Below are positions 45,874-58,393 of a stretch of DNA of 64,000 nucleotides, piece after piece. The notes beneath the pieces are model-generated. The model was given only the letters and a program-made list of their open reading frames with translations. It did not search any database and was not told the origin of the DNA. This DNA is from Gemmatimonadota bacterium (lineage in GTDB: Bacteria > Gemmatimonadota > Gemmatimonadetes > Gemmatimonadales > GWC2-71-9), in contig JBLNGI010000198.1 in NCBI GenBank assembly GCA_050264615.1, positions 1,172-65,171 of the forward strand, given 5' to 3'. Position 1 is the first letter of the stretch. Each line of letters starts with the position of its first letter. Made by a program: the position numbers and the translations under genes.

Positions 45874-46547
45874 GTCTATCCGAGCACCTCGAACACGACC
45901 GTCCGCGCGAGCGTTTCTGGGCCGTCGGCCCCGGCGCGTTGACGGGGCAGGAGCTCGTGGCCATTCTCCTAGGAACCGGGACACGGGGACGGGATGCGCT
46001 AACCGTCGCAGCCGACGTCCTGGCGCGTGGGGAGGGGTCATTACGCCGCCTGGCCTCGCGACCGTGGGCCGAGCTGGCGCGAGTGCCCGGCGTGGGGCGG
46101 ATCAAGGCTGCGCGCGTGGCGGCGGCGATCGAGCTCGGCCGGCGCATCGGCAGCGAGCTGGAGCCCCCCCCGGAGCGCGTTCGTGGACCCGGTGACGTGC
46201 AGCGGTATTACGCGTTGCGGCTGCGTGACTTAGCGGTCGAGGAGTTCCATGTCCTGGCCCTGGGGAGCCAGAGTCAGATTCTGACGGATTTGCTCATCAC
46301 ACGGGGCATACTGAATAGCTCCCTGGTGCACCCGCGGGAGGTGTTTCGGGCGGCTATTGCGGAAGCCGCGGCAGGCATCATCGTCGTACATAACCACCCG
46401 AGCGGCGACCCGACGCCCTCGGCGGATGATCGCGCGGTGACCCGCCAGCTGGTCGATGCGGGACGCCTGCTCGACGTCCCGGTGTACGACCATGTGATCA
46501 TTGGAGGAGAGCGGTACGTGAGTTTCGCGGAAGCAGGGCTGTTGTGA
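45864..46547 (+). CDS. radC: RadC-family (JAB/MPN domain) protein
   Basis: ORF 45864-46547; HNHPSGDPTPSADD. Confidence 0.85.
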   Translation: MPLRLSEHLEHDRPRERFWAVGPGALTGQELVAILLGTGTRGRDALTVAADVLARGEGSLRRLASRPWAELARVPGVGRIKAARVAAAIELGRRIGSELEPPPERVRGPGDVQRYYALRLRDLAVEEFHVLALGSQSQILTDLLITRGILNSSLVHPREVFRAAIAEAAAGIIVVHNHPSGDPTPSADDRAVTRQLVDAGRLLDVPVYDHVIIGGERYVSFAEAGLL

Positions 46548-48730
46548 CGAGTACGGTGCCGATTCTGGCGCCCGAGCTGGCTAAGGCCGTGGCGGCGCAA
46601 CGCGACCGCCTCGACCTCGAAGTGCTGTCGCGCGCCTACCGGATCAGCGCCCAGGCGCATCACGGGCAGAAGCGGCTGTCCGGAGACGACTTCGTGTCGC
46701 ACAGCGTCGCGGTGGCGACGATTCTCGCCGAGCAGCAGATGGACACCACGACGATCGCGGCTGCTCTGTTGCACGATGTCGTCGAGGACTCCGATGTCAC
46801 GCTCGACATGCTGCGGCGCGATTTCGGGACCGAAGTTGCCGATCTCGTCGATGGCCTCACCAAGATCAAGGCACTCACGTTCCGCTCGACCGCCGAGGAG
46901 CAGGCGGAGAACTATCGCAAGCTCCTGATGTCGGTGGCGCGCGACGCGCGGGTCATCATCATCAAGCTCGCCGACCGCCTCCACAACATGCGCACGCTGG
47001 ATCCGCTTCCGGCGGAAAAGCGGCGCCGCATCGCGCAGGAGACGCGCGAGCTGTACGCGCCGCTCGCGCACCGCTTCGGAATGGCGGGCGTGAAGGCCGA
47101 GCTCGAGGATCTGTCGTTCCGGTATCTCGAGCCCGATGACTACAAGCAGCTCGCGCGGCAGGTGAAGGCCAAGCGCGTCGAGCGGGACCGCACGATCGAG
47201 CGGATGCGGGGACCGCTGTCCGACGAGCTGCGCCGCGCCGGGATCGTGGGCTGGGAGATCGTAGGCCGGCCCAAGAACCTCTGGTCCATCTTCAAGAAGA
47301 TGCGCAAGCGCGGCAAACCGTTCGAGGAGATCTACGATCTGCTCGCGGTGCGCGTGCTCGTGAACAGCATCACCGACTGCTATCACGTGCTCGGGATCAT
47401 CCATCACACGTGGACGCCGCTCCAGGAGCGGATCAAGGACTACATCGCGAGTCCCAAGTCCAACGGGTACCAGTCGCTCCATACGACCGTGTTCGGGCCC
47501 GGCGGCCAGCTGTACGAGATCCAGATCCGCACGCGCGACATGCATCGCACGGCGGAGTACGGGATCGCGGCGCACTGGCTCTATAAGGAAAACGGCAAGG
47601 GTGCCGACGAGCTCGATCACCATCTCTCGTGGTTCCGGCAGCTGATCGAGCTCCAGCAGGAAGCCCACACCCCCGAGGAGTTCCTCGAGTTCCTGAAGAT
47701 CGACCTCTATCAGGACGAGATCTTCGTGTTCACTCCCAAGGGCGACGTCAAACGACTCCCCAAGGGCGCCACGCCGCTCGATTTCGCCTTCATGGTCCAT
47801 ACCGAGGTCGGCCAGCACTGCAACGGCGCGCGCGTCAACGGACGCATCGCCCCACTGCATCGGCCGCTGCGCAACGGGGACACGATCGAGGTGCTCACCA
47901 GTCCACAGGCGAAGCCGTCGCGCGACTGGCTGGCGCACGTCCAGACCGGGCGCGCCCGGCAGAAGATCCGGCAGTGGATCAAGCAGGAAGAGCATGAGCG
48001 CAGCGTCACACTCGGACGCGAGATTCTCGCCCGCGAGGTACGGCGCCGCCGCCTCGACGCGCCGACGCCGGACCGATTGGCGCAGGCGGCCGAGACGCTG
48101 TCCCTGGGCGTCGGAGCACAGGTAGAAGCCTCGATCGGGCGCGGCGACGTGCAGCTCGGCCAGGTGATGAAGGCGCTGTATCCCGAGCTGCCGCCCGAAG
48201 ACACCCAGTCGCCGCCCAAGCCCACGGCATTCGGCCGGGTCATCGAGCGGCTGCGCCTGGGCCGCGGTATCAAGATTCACGGCGTCGAAGGCCTGATGGT
48301 ACGCTACGCGCAGTGCTGCCAGCCCGTCCCCGGCGACCCCGTGGTGGGCTACGTCACGCAGGGGCGAGGGATCTCGATCCACCGGAACGACTGCCCCAAC
48401 CTCCTCACCCTCTCGGGCGATGAAGAGCGTCGCGTGGAGATCGACTGGCGGGAAGTGGAGGGGGAGACGTTCGTCGTGCGGCTCGCGGTGAGCGGCGAAG
48501 ATCGCCGCGGCCTGTACGCCGACATCTGTGAGGCGATCAGCGGCACCGGCACCAACATTCGCAGCGCCGAGCTGGCGTCCAAGGACGGCGTGGTGTTCGG
48601 GTCGGTGCTGGTCGAAGTCGAAAACAACACGCATCTGCACAAGGTGTTGAAGGCGGTCCGCAAGGTAAAAGGCGTGACCGAGATCGCCCGGCGGGACTCG
48701 AGCGGTCCCGCTGAAGTCGTCGTCGGTTAA
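46544..48730 (+). CDS. relA: bifunctional (p)ppGpp synthetase/hydrolase (RelA/SpoT family)
   Basis: ORF 46544-48730. HD domain (HDVVEDS), synthetase domain (YQSLHTTV), TGS and ACT regions. Confidence 0.93.
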   Translation: MTSTVPILAPELAKAVAAQRDRLDLEVLSRAYRISAQAHHGQKRLSGDDFVSHSVAVATILAEQQMDTTTIAAALLHDVVEDSDVTLDMLRRDFGTEVADLVDGLTKIKALTFRSTAEEQAENYRKLLMSVARDARVIIIKLADRLHNMRTLDPLPAEKRRRIAQETRELYAPLAHRFGMAGVKAELEDLSFRYLEPDDYKQLARQVKAKRVERDRTIERMRGPLSDELRRAGIVGWEIVGRPKNLWSIFKKMRKRGKPFEEIYDLLAVRVLVNSITDCYHVLGIIHHTWTPLQERIKDYIASPKSNGYQSLHTTVFGPGGQLYEIQIRTRDMHRTAEYGIAAHWLYKENGKGADELDHHLSWFRQLIELQQEAHTPEEFLEFLKIDLYQDEIFVFTPKGDVKRLPKGATPLDFAFMVHTEVGQHCNGARVNGRIAPLHRPLRNGDTIEVLTSPQAKPSRDWLAHVQTGRARQKIRQWIKQEEHERSVTLGREILAREVRRRRLDAPTPDRLAQAAETLSLGVGAQVEASIGRGDVQLGQVMKALYPELPPEDTQSPPKPTAFGRVIERLRLGRGIKIHGVEGLMVRYAQCCQPVPGDPVVGYVTQGRGISIHRNDCPNLLTLSGDEERRVEIDWREVEGETFVVRLAVSGEDRRGLYADICEAISGTGTNIRSAELASKDGVVFGSVLVEVENNTHLHKVLKAVRKVKGVTEIARRDSSGPAEVVVG

Positions 48731-48741
48731 CTTTCTCTCTT

Positions 48742-50748
<2,007 letters not shown>

Positions 50749-51120
50749 GGAGCTCGGCGCCGAGCTCCGCGCCCCTGCCGTAATCGGGCTGTCGGGAGAG
50801 CTGGGGACAGGGAAGACCACCCTGGTTCAGGCAATCTGCCGGGGCCTGCGTGCCCAGGCGCGTGCCACGAGCCCCACCTACGCGCTGGTCCATCACTACG
50901 ACGCCGGACCGACGGCGGTCTATCACGTCGATTGCTACCGGCTCCGTCATCCCGACGAAGCCCGTGACCTCGGCTTCGACGACATGATGCGCGAGCGTGC
51001 GATCGTCCTGATCGAATGGCCGGCGCGCGCGGGCCCGTGGGCGCCACCGCTCGATCGACATTTCCGGCTCTCGTACGACGATGATCCAGCGCGCCGTATC
51101 GTCGAGGAAACTCCCGGCGT

Positions 51121-51840
51121 ATGAGGCTCGCCATCGACACGGCGACGGACATCGCGAGCGTCGCCGTGGGGAGGCCGGGGCGTTCCCCAGTCGCAGCGCG
51201 GTCAATGCGCGGCGCGCGCCAGCACGCGGCCCAGCTCCTTGTATTGATTCAGCAGGTGCTCGCCGACTCGGGCGTGACACTCCAAGACGTGACCGAGATC
51301 GTCGTCGGCGACGGGCCGGGAAGTTTCACGGGATTGCGGATCGGCTGGGCCGCGGCGAAGGGCCTCGCGCACGAGCGCGAGCTTCCCCTGGTTGCGGTCC
51401 CCTCATTGCTCGGTGCCGCCCATGCGGCCTCTGAGCTCGAGCGGGAGTCCCGGGCGATCGCCGCTTGCTACGATGCCCTGCGCGGCCAGGTGTTCGGCGC
51501 GATTTATACGATTCATCCCGGCCGGATCGAGGCGGTTCTGGGGCCCGGTCTGTTCACGATCGCCGAGCTGGCGCGCGTGAGTCCCACGCGACCCGCGCTG
51601 GCCGTGGGCGATGGGGCGGAGCGCTACCGGGCCGCAGTCGAGACCTGGACGGGAAAGCCGCCAGTTCTATTGGACGCTGTGCCGACGATCGCCCGGTCGC
51701 TGCTGGTGCTCGCGGACGATGTTGCGGCGCGCCGGCCACTCGACGATCCACTGGCCGAGCCGGTGTATGGTCGGCCCGCCGAAGCGCAGGTGAAATGGGA
51801 GGCGCGCCATGGCCGACCGCTTCCGAATTCGCCCCGCTGA
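51121..51840 (+). CDS. tsaB: tRNA t6A biosynthesis protein TsaB
   Basis: ORF 51121-51840. Contains MRLAIDTATD and GPGSFTGLRIG. Confidence 0.85.
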   Translation: MRLAIDTATDIASVAVGRPGRSPVAARSMRGARQHAAQLLVLIQQVLADSGVTLQDVTEIVVGDGPGSFTGLRIGWAAAKGLAHERELPLVAVPSLLGAAHAASELERESRAIAACYDALRGQVFGAIYTIHPGRIEAVLGPGLFTIAELARVSPTRPALAVGDGAERYRAAVETWTGKPPVLLDAVPTIARSLLVLADDVAARRPLDDPLAEPVYGRPAEAQVKWEARHGRPLPNSPR

Positions 51841-52249
51841 GCTCACCGACGTCCCCGCGGTTCACGCGATCGAGCAACGCGTCTTTGCCGATCCGTGGTC
51901 GACGCAGGACTTCCGCGACTGCGTGTCGTTCGCGCTGTTCCTGGTCGCCGAAGAGCACGCCCAAATCGCCGGATACGTCGTGGCGCTCGACGCCGCGGAT
52001 GAGGGAGAGATCCTCAACCTCGCGGTGGCGGAGGGAGGGCGCCGTCGCGGGTTGGGACGTGCCCTGGTGGAGGCGATCATCGCTGCCCTGTCGGAGCGCG
52101 GTGTCCGGCAGGTCTATCTGGAGGTCCGGGAGTCGAATGCCGCCGCCCGGGCCCTGTACGCGGCGTTCGGGTTCAAGGACGTCGGCCGCCGCAAGGCGTA
52201 TTACCGCCGCCCGGTGGAGGACGCGATCGTGCTCAGAGTTGATGCATAA
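51809..52249 (+). CDS. rimI: ribosomal-protein-alanine N-acetyltransferase
   Basis: ORF 51809-52249. GNAT motif RRRGLGRALV plus LEVRESNAAARALY. Confidence 0.85.
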   Translation: MADRFRIRPAELTDVPAVHAIEQRVFADPWSTQDFRDCVSFALFLVAEEHAQIAGYVVALDAADEGEILNLAVAEGGRRRGLGRALVEAIIAALSERGVRQVYLEVRESNAAARALYAAFGFKDVGRRKAYYRRPVEDAIVLRVDA

Positions 52250-52275
52250 CTTCGGTACAAGTGGCGTATCTTTGA

Positions 52276-52304
52276 TTGACAGAACGACTTGCGATTTATA
52301 TAGT
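52276..52304 (+). promoter_or_regulatory. near-consensus sigma70 promoter upstream of ssb
   Basis: TTGACA (52276-52281), 17-nt spacer, TATAGT (52299-52304), in the AT-richer 100-nt gap. GGAGG at 52341-52345 precedes the GTG start. Confidence 0.55.
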
Positions 52305-52349
52305 GTTGGGCACCCTTGGACCCAAACCCGCATAATTGCTGGAGGTTGT

Positions 52350-52844
52350 GTGAGCCGCAGTCTCAATAAAGTCATTCTGATCGGGAACTTGGGTGCCGAT
52401 CCCGAGGTGCGCAGCACGAATAGCGGTTCCCGGGTGGCCACCCTGTCCGTGGCGACGAGCCGGCAGTGGACGGGGAGCGGCGGGGAAAAGCAGGAAAAGA
52501 CGGATTGGCATCGAGTTATCTGCTGGAACAACAAGGGCGGATCGGGCCTGGCCGATGTGTGCGAGAAGTACCTGAAGAAAGGCGACAAGGTCTACATCGA
52601 AGGCCGGATCGAGTACCGGACCTGGGAAGACAATAACAAGCAGACGCGCTACGTCACCGAGATCATCGCGCGCGAGCTGATCATGCTGGGCTCGAGAGGC
52701 GGAGCCGCTCCGGTTGGAGCGGGGGCAGCACGAGGGGCCGCAGCAGCCGGGGCAGGTGCGGAAGCCGGCGGGAAGGGGGCCCCCGAATCGCTCGACGCGT
52801 TCCCGGAGGCGCTGGATGAGGAGGACGACGATCTCCCGTTCTAG
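52350..52844 (+). CDS. ssb: single-stranded DNA-binding protein
   Basis: GTG 52350 inside tracked ORF 51465-52844. Reads SLNKVILIGNLGADPEVR. Gly/Ala linker and acidic tail EEDDDLPF. Confidence 0.92.
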   Translation: MSRSLNKVILIGNLGADPEVRSTNSGSRVATLSVATSRQWTGSGGEKQEKTDWHRVICWNNKGGSGLADVCEKYLKKGDKVYIEGRIEYRTWEDNNKQTRYVTEIIARELIMLGSRGGAAPVGAGAARGAAAAGAGAEAGGKGAPESLDAFPEALDEEDDDLPF

Positions 52845-54093
52845 CCGCGTTGCAGTCTTAGCCCTGGCGGCGACGTTGTCATGGCGTGTCCTGCCGGCGC
52901 AGGACACCACGCAGGTCGTGCAAGATACGACGCAGTTCCCTCAGGACACGCAGGCCGTCGCCGCTTTTCAGGGGCAGGTACCTACCTCACACACCGTCGT
53001 GCGCGGTGAGACCCTGTGGTCCATCTCGCAGATGTATTTCAACGATCCCCTGCTGTGGCCCGAGATCTACCGCCTCAATACCGCCATCGTTGAAGACCCG
53101 CATTGGATATACCCGGGCGAGGTGCTGAATCTCGCGGCGATGTCGGTCGTGGCGCAGAGTGGTGACACCGTTGCGAGGGTGCAGGACACCACGGCGCTGG
53201 CCGCCGACACCGTTGTCGCCATCGTGCCGCTCGACACCAACATGGCGCCGATCGACACCATTCCCGCCGACACGGCCGGGCTCATCGTCGAGCAGCCGCC
53301 GCCGTCGATTACGGAATCGAACGAGACGATTTTCGACCGGCGCCGCACGAATCGGCAGATCGTCCAGGACGTGCTGCGGGCCTACACCAACCAGCCGTAT
53401 CGTCCGCTGCGTCCCGGCGAGTTCTACGCCGCCGGATTCCTGACGGAATCCGAGCAGCTGCCGTGGGGCCGTGTGCTCGGCGCGACGGCGACGTCCGCCA
53501 TTCACCGGCTGTCGCAGACGTCTTCCGCGCAGATGTTCCAGGAAATCTCTGTCCGGCCGCCGCGCAACGCGTCTTACCACGTCGGCGACTCGCTGCTGCT
53601 CGTGCGCATCGATCGCCCGATCGAGTTTGGACGCTGGGGCGAGGTGATCGTGCCCACCGGCATCGCGCGCGTGACGTCGATCGAGGAGCAGCAGGTGCTC
53701 GCGGAAGTCGTGTCGCAGTTCGGTCTGGTCCATGACGGCGAGCTGGCGATGCCGCTCGAGCCGTTCCGCGATCCAGGTCAGGTGCGGCCCGTCCCCGTGG
53801 CACAGGGACTCAGCGGCAAGCTGATCGCGCCGCGGGATGCCAGGGTGATCGCGGGTGCGCAACAGTATTTCTTCATCGACCGGGGTCGGCGCGACGGCGT
53901 CACGCCGGGCGACGTGTTCGAGGCCTACAAGCCGGCGGAAGGCGCCATCGGCACGCCGTCTGAGGAAGTGCGTGCGGTGCTGATGATCGTTCACACGCGC
54001 GAGCGCTCCGCCACTGGCCTGTTGCTACAGATCATGCATCCTGGACTCGATCGAGACCTGCCGGTACGCTTGATCAAGAAGATGCCTTCCTAA
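52816..54093 (+). CDS. LysM domain-containing secreted protein
   Basis: ATG 52816 inside tracked ORF 52714-54093. Signal-like RVAVLALAATLSWRVLPAQ. LysM region HTVVRGETLWSISQMYFNDPLLWPEIYRLN. Confidence 0.7.
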   Translation: MRRTTISRSSRVAVLALAATLSWRVLPAQDTTQVVQDTTQFPQDTQAVAAFQGQVPTSHTVVRGETLWSISQMYFNDPLLWPEIYRLNTAIVEDPHWIYPGEVLNLAAMSVVAQSGDTVARVQDTTALAADTVVAIVPLDTNMAPIDTIPADTAGLIVEQPPPSITESNETIFDRRRTNRQIVQDVLRAYTNQPYRPLRPGEFYAAGFLTESEQLPWGRVLGATATSAIHRLSQTSSAQMFQEISVRPPRNASYHVGDSLLLVRIDRPIEFGRWGEVIVPTGIARVTSIEEQQVLAEVVSQFGLVHDGELAMPLEPFRDPGQVRPVPVAQGLSGKLIAPRDARVIAGAQQYFFIDRGRRDGVTPGDVFEAYKPAEGAIGTPSEEVRAVLMIVHTRERSATGLLLQIMHPGLDRDLPVRLIKKMPS

Positions 54094-54097
54094 AAGG

Positions 54098-54127
54098 CGG
54101 CCGGGCCTGCCTGGGCGGGCCCGGCCG
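54098..54127 (+). terminator. GC-rich hairpin after the LysM gene (no U-tail)
   Basis: CGGCCGGGCC (54098-54107), 10-nt loop, GGCCCGGCCG (54118-54127). Confidence 0.3.
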
Positions 54128-54136
54128 GTATCTGCC

Positions 54137-54943
54137 GTGATCGTCACGCTCCATCTTGTTGCCCTGGCGCTTTACGCACTCGCGACGACCCTCGCGTTGG
54201 CTCCGTTCGTGGGATTCCGCAGCACACCGCGTGCGCTCGCCATCGCGTTCCCGTGCGCCGGTGCGGCGGCGCACGTCGTCGCCCTCTCCCAGCTCACGCT
54301 CGTCGGCCTCGGTCCGGCGTTGTCGATGCTGGCGTTCTGTCTCGTCCTCCTGCAGCTCGCCAGCGAGCGCTTGCTGCGCGGCTCGGCCGTCTCATTCTTC
54401 GCGGCGCCGCTGGCGACGGGGCTCGTCGGGCTGGCGGTACTGAGCGGGCTGAGCACCGGAACCGAGATCGTCCCCCCCCCCGGCCGTGGCGCGTGGTTGA
54501 TTCTGCATGTCGCGCTCAGCGTGCTGGGACTCGCCCTGCTGGCGCTCGCGTTCATCGCCGCGGCGCTCTATCTGCTCCAGTTCCGCGAGCTCAAGGCGCG
54601 TCACTTTGGTCAGGTGTTCCTGCTGTTCCCGCCGCTCGAGCGACTCGACCAGCTCAATCGCATCGCGCTCGTCGCCGGATTTCCGGCGTTGACCCTCGGC
54701 CTGCTGCTGGCGGTCGGGTACGGCGCGCGATTCTCCGGCGGCGCCGGGCTGCACGTCGCCAAAGCACAGCTGGTGTGGGGCCTCTTCACCTGGGTGGTGC
54801 TGGGCTGGGCCGTCTGGGTCCGCGTGGTGCGCCACTGGGGCGGCCGGCGCGCGGCGCTCGCGAGCATCGCCGGGTTCTCCGCGGTGCTCCTGGTCTACGT
54901 CGCGCTGAAGCTCGTACAGCCCGGCGCCGAACGGTTCCTGTGA
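54137..54943 (+). CDS. cytochrome c assembly family membrane protein (HemX/CcsA-like)
   Basis: ORF 54137-54943. About 8 hydrophobic helices. The position immediately upstream of hemA resembles hemX arrangements. Contains a C10 homopolymer (PPP). Confidence 0.6.
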   Translation: MIVTLHLVALALYALATTLALAPFVGFRSTPRALAIAFPCAGAAAHVVALSQLTLVGLGPALSMLAFCLVLLQLASERLLRGSAVSFFAAPLATGLVGLAVLSGLSTGTEIVPPPGRGAWLILHVALSVLGLALLALAFIAAALYLLQFRELKARHFGQVFLLFPPLERLDQLNRIALVAGFPALTLGLLLAVGYGARFSGGAGLHVAKAQLVWGLFTWVVLGWAVWVRVVRHWGGRRAALASIAGFSAVLLVYVALKLVQPGAERFL

Positions 54944-54957
54944 CGGATCCCGCGGCC

Positions 54958-56220
54958 ATGAGCATCAAAGTCCTGGGGGTCAATCATCGGACCGCCCCGC
55001 TCGAGGTGCGGGAACGGTTTGCACACGGTGCGCACGAGGTACCGGGCGCGCTCGCCCGCGTCATCGCAGCGGGCGCAAGCGGCGGCGTGTTGCTCTCCAC
55101 GTGCAACCGTACCGAGTTCTATCTGGTGACCGACGACGAGCCCGCGCTCGAGACGGTCTGGTCCCTGCTGGGCGAGCGGCTCGACCCAACGCCAACCGCG
55201 GGGGTACGCGAGTACGGGTACATCGCGCGCGATCGCGACGCGGTGCGCCATCTGTACCGGGTTTCCGCCGGCCTCGACTCGATGATCCTCGGCGAGTCAC
55301 AGATTCAGGGGCAGGTGCGCGACGCGTGGGAAGCGTCACGCGCGCAAGCCGGCCCTGTGCTGCACCGGCTGTTTCAAACAGCCCTGCATGTCGGCTCGCG
55401 CGTGCGCACCGAGACCGGGTTGGGCATGGGGACGGCATCCGCGGCGTCCGCCGCCGCCCAGCTCGCTGGCAAGATCTTCGGCGATCTCGCCGGCCGGCAG
55501 GCGCTGATTCTCGGCGCGGGCGACATGGCGGAGCTCGCCGCCACGTGCCTGAGCGACCAGGGCGCGCAAATCACGCTCGTCGCCAATCGCACGCAAGAGC
55601 GCGCGCGGGCGATCGCCGAGCGCTTGGGTGGGCGCGCGGTGTCGCTGGAGGAGGCCTGGGCCCACTTTGCAACGACCGACATCGCGCTGTGCTCGACTGC
55701 GGCGCCGCACGCCGTGGTCACCTGGGAGCGCGTCGGCCCGGTGATCGCGCAACGTCGCGGCCGCCCGCTGTGCATTCTGGATCTCGCGGTGCCGCGCGAC
55801 GTCGATCCCGCGATCGCGCAAATCGAAAACGTGTTTCTGTATGATGTGGATGACCTGCAGAAGGTAGCGGCGCAGGCCACCGCCCGTCGCCGGGACGAGA
55901 TCCCCGCCGCCGAGCGCATCGTCGAGGAGGAGACCGATCTGTTCTGGGCCTGGTACGGGGGCCTCGCCGTCGTTCCCACCATCAAGGAGCTGCGCAGCCG
56001 TATGGATCAACTTCGCGCCGCGGAGCTCGAGCGCGCGCTGCGACAGCTTGGGGCGCTGGGTCCCGAGGACCGCGCGCGGGTGGAGCAGTTCAGCCAATCC
56101 CTCATGAACAAGTTCCTGCACCAACCCACACTCGTGCTGAAAGCCGCCGCCGAGGAAGGGCGGGGCTACGGCCTGCTGGATGCGCTGCGTCGGCTGTTCG
56201 GAATGGAGCCTCCCGAGTGA
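54958..56220 (+). CDS. hemA: glutamyl-tRNA reductase
   Basis: ATG 54958 inside tracked ORF 54253-56220. Contains MSIKVLGVNHRTAPLEVRE, LSTCNRTEFY, GESQILGQV and GAGDMAE. Confidence 0.92.
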   Translation: MSIKVLGVNHRTAPLEVRERFAHGAHEVPGALARVIAAGASGGVLLSTCNRTEFYLVTDDEPALETVWSLLGERLDPTPTAGVREYGYIARDRDAVRHLYRVSAGLDSMILGESQIQGQVRDAWEASRAQAGPVLHRLFQTALHVGSRVRTETGLGMGTASAASAAAQLAGKIFGDLAGRQALILGAGDMAELAATCLSDQGAQITLVANRTQERARAIAERLGGRAVSLEEAWAHFATTDIALCSTAAPHAVVTWERVGPVIAQRRGRPLCILDLAVPRDVDPAIAQIENVFLYDVDDLQKVAAQATARRRDEIPAAERIVEEETDLFWAWYGGLAVVPTIKELRSRMDQLRAAELERALRQLGALGPEDRARVEQFSQSLMNKFLHQPTLVLKAAAEEGRGYGLLDALRRLFGMEPPE

Positions 56221-57215
56221 GCGGTCGAGTTCTGGTGACGGGCGGCGCAGGGTACATCGGCAGTGTCATCGTCGACCAGCTTCTGGGGCTCGGGGTGGGA
56301 GTGGTGGTGCTCGACGACCTCAGCACCGGCCATCGGGCCGCCGTCGCTCGGCGAGCCGGATTCATTCAGGGCGGGGTAGGTAATCGTGAGCTGATCGAGG
56401 CGATCCTGGAGCGCGAGGCCATTGGCGCGATTATCCACATGGCGGCCTTTGCCCTTGTGGCGGAATCAGTTGCGCAGCCTCAGAAGTACGTGACCAACAA
56501 TGTCACCGCCGCCCGTGTACTCTTGGAGGCAGCTGGACGCGCCAAGATCCGCCGCTTTGTCTTCTCGTCATCGTGCGCGGTCTATGGCCATCCCGCCAGG
56601 ATCCCGATTACGGAGGATTCGCCGCAGGCGCCGGTGAACCCATACGGCGAGACCAAACGGGATTTCGAACGACTGCTCGCGGAGTTTGCGCCGGCGCACG
56701 GGATCGAGGTCGTGAGTCTGCGCTACTTCAATGCGTCCGGCGCGACCGAACAACGCGGGGAAGATCACAATCCCGAGACGCACCTGATTCCGAATGTGCT
56801 CGCGGCGGCGGCGGGCAAACGGGCGGCGGTCGATGTGTTTGGGACCGACTATCAGACGCCCGACGGCACCGCCGTGCGCGACTATGTGCATGTGGCTGAT
56901 ATCGCGGATGCGCACGTGCGCGCGCTGAACGTCAACGTGGATGCGCGCAGGCCCGTCGCGCTGAACCTGGGAACGGGTACGGGCCGTTCGGTGCGCGAGG
57001 TCATCGAGGCGGCACGCCGCGTGACCGGCAAACCGGTGCCGGCGACGGAGCGGCCGCGCCGTCCGGGTGATCCGCCCGCACTCGTGGCCGCGGTGAACCG
57101 GGCGCGTGACGCCCTGGGCTGGCAGGCCACGCGCTCGAGTCTCGAGGAGATCATCCAGAGCGCCTGGCGCTGGCATCAGGCGCACCCGAACGGCTATCGA
57201 GCCGGGGGAGGTTAG
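56217..57215 (+). CDS. galE: UDP-glucose 4-epimerase
   Basis: ORF 56217-57215. Contains VLVTGGAGYIGS, YGETK and RYFNASGA. Confidence 0.88.
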   Translation: MSGRVLVTGGAGYIGSVIVDQLLGLGVGVVVLDDLSTGHRAAVARRAGFIQGGVGNRELIEAILEREAIGAIIHMAAFALVAESVAQPQKYVTNNVTAARVLLEAAGRAKIRRFVFSSSCAVYGHPARIPITEDSPQAPVNPYGETKRDFERLLAEFAPAHGIEVVSLRYFNASGATEQRGEDHNPETHLIPNVLAAAAGKRAAVDVFGTDYQTPDGTAVRDYVHVADIADAHVRALNVNVDARRPVALNLGTGTGRSVREVIEAARRVTGKPVPATERPRRPGDPPALVAAVNRARDALGWQATRSSLEEIIQSAWRWHQAHPNGYRAGGG

Positions 57216-57956
57216 GTGGGCTTTCTGCTACAGGTGCGCGGAGCGATTCCCACAACGCCGTGGGAGTTGGTGCTCACATCCAGTCGCGAAACGCAATTCG
57301 TGCTGGCCGTGCTCGTCATCTTCTCCGTGGTGTCCTGGTACCTGATCGTTCTCAAATGGTGGCAGTTCCGGCGCATGCGGCAGCTCGGCGATCGCTTCAT
57401 GACAGAAGTCGAGAAAGCGCCGCGGCTCGACGATGCGTATCACGCCGCGATGCGGCTGCCGGCGTCGCCCTACAATCGCCTGCTCCGGGAAGCGGTGCAC
57501 TTCTTCACCGAGCTGAAGCCCGGCGCGCTGAAGGGCGGGGCGGTGGCGACTACCGCTGCCGCGCCCGCCGCGTCGACGACGCTGACGACCACCCAGCTCG
57601 AAGCGCTGCGCATGATCCTCGCCAAAGAAGTCGCGGCGGAGCGTGATCTGGCTGCCCGGTTCATTCCGTGGCTCGCCACGTTCGGCTCGGTGAGCCCACT
57701 CCTGGGATTGCTGGGTACGGTCCTCGGCGTGATGGATGCGTTCATCGGCATCGCGGTGGGCGGCTCGGGTAACATCGCTGCCGTCGCGCCGGGCGTCGCC
57801 GAGGCGCTGGTGACCACGGTCGCCGGGCTGGCGGTCGCGGTCCCCGCGGTGATGTCCTACAACCTGTACGTGAACCGGCTCGGTCTGTTCGCCGGTGAGC
57901 TCGAAGGATTCGCGCAGGAGATCGTCGGGACGCTCGCGCGGGAAGGGCGGATCTGA
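57216..57956 (+). CDS. tolQ: MotA/TolQ/ExbB proton-channel protein
   Basis: ORF 57216-57956. Contains LATFGSVSPLLGLLGTVLGVM and the first position in the Tol-Pal cluster. Confidence 0.88.
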   Translation: MGFLLQVRGAIPTTPWELVLTSSRETQFVLAVLVIFSVVSWYLIVLKWWQFRRMRQLGDRFMTEVEKAPRLDDAYHAAMRLPASPYNRLLREAVHFFTELKPGALKGGAVATTAAAPAASTTLTTTQLEALRMILAKEVAAERDLAARFIPWLATFGSVSPLLGLLGTVLGVMDAFIGIAVGGSGNIAAVAPGVAEALVTTVAGLAVAVPAVMSYNLYVNRLGLFAGELEGFAQEIVGTLAREGRI

Positions 57957-58393
57957 TGGCCGGGCTCCTGGGCGGCGGCGGGGGCTTGCGGGGCCACGGG
58001 GAGCTGCCCCTCAATGCCGACATCAACGTGACCTCGCTGGTGGACGTCGCGTTCGTGCTGCTCATCATCTTCATGATCACCGCCCCGATCATGCAGGGCG
58101 GGGTGGACGTGCGTCTGCCGCGCGCCCAGGTGCGCGCGATCGAGCCCAAAGAAGGGCTGGTGGTGACCGTGGACAGCGACGGCCGGATCTATCTGGATCA
58201 GGCGGCGCTCTCCTATGAGGATTTCCGGGCCACATTTCCCGCGTTTGTGCGAACGAAACGGCCCACGGGGGTGTATCTGCGTGCCGATGGCCGCGTCCCC
58301 TACGCCCGGGTCGTTCAGGTGCTGGCGGTGATTCGGGGGGCCGGCGTACAGGATGTCGGACTCGTAGCCGAACCGGAGTCTATCGACCGATGA
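57956..58393 (+). CDS. tolR: ExbD/TolR biopolymer transport protein
   Basis: ORF 57956-58393; INVTSLVDVAFVLLIIFMITAP. Confidence 0.88.
   Translation: MAGLLGGGGGLRGHGELPLNADINVTSLVDVAFVLLIIFMITAPIMQGGVDVRLPRAQVRAIEPKEGLVVTVDSDGRIYLDQAALSYEDFRATFPAFVRTKRPTGVYLRADGRVPYARVVQVLAVIRGAGVQDVGLVAEPESIDR

Noticed and set aside
46274-48640. 788-aa - strand ORF
   Set aside because: It is antisense to the RelA/SpoT gene, with no recognisable domains. This is the same high-GC mirror-ORF artefact.
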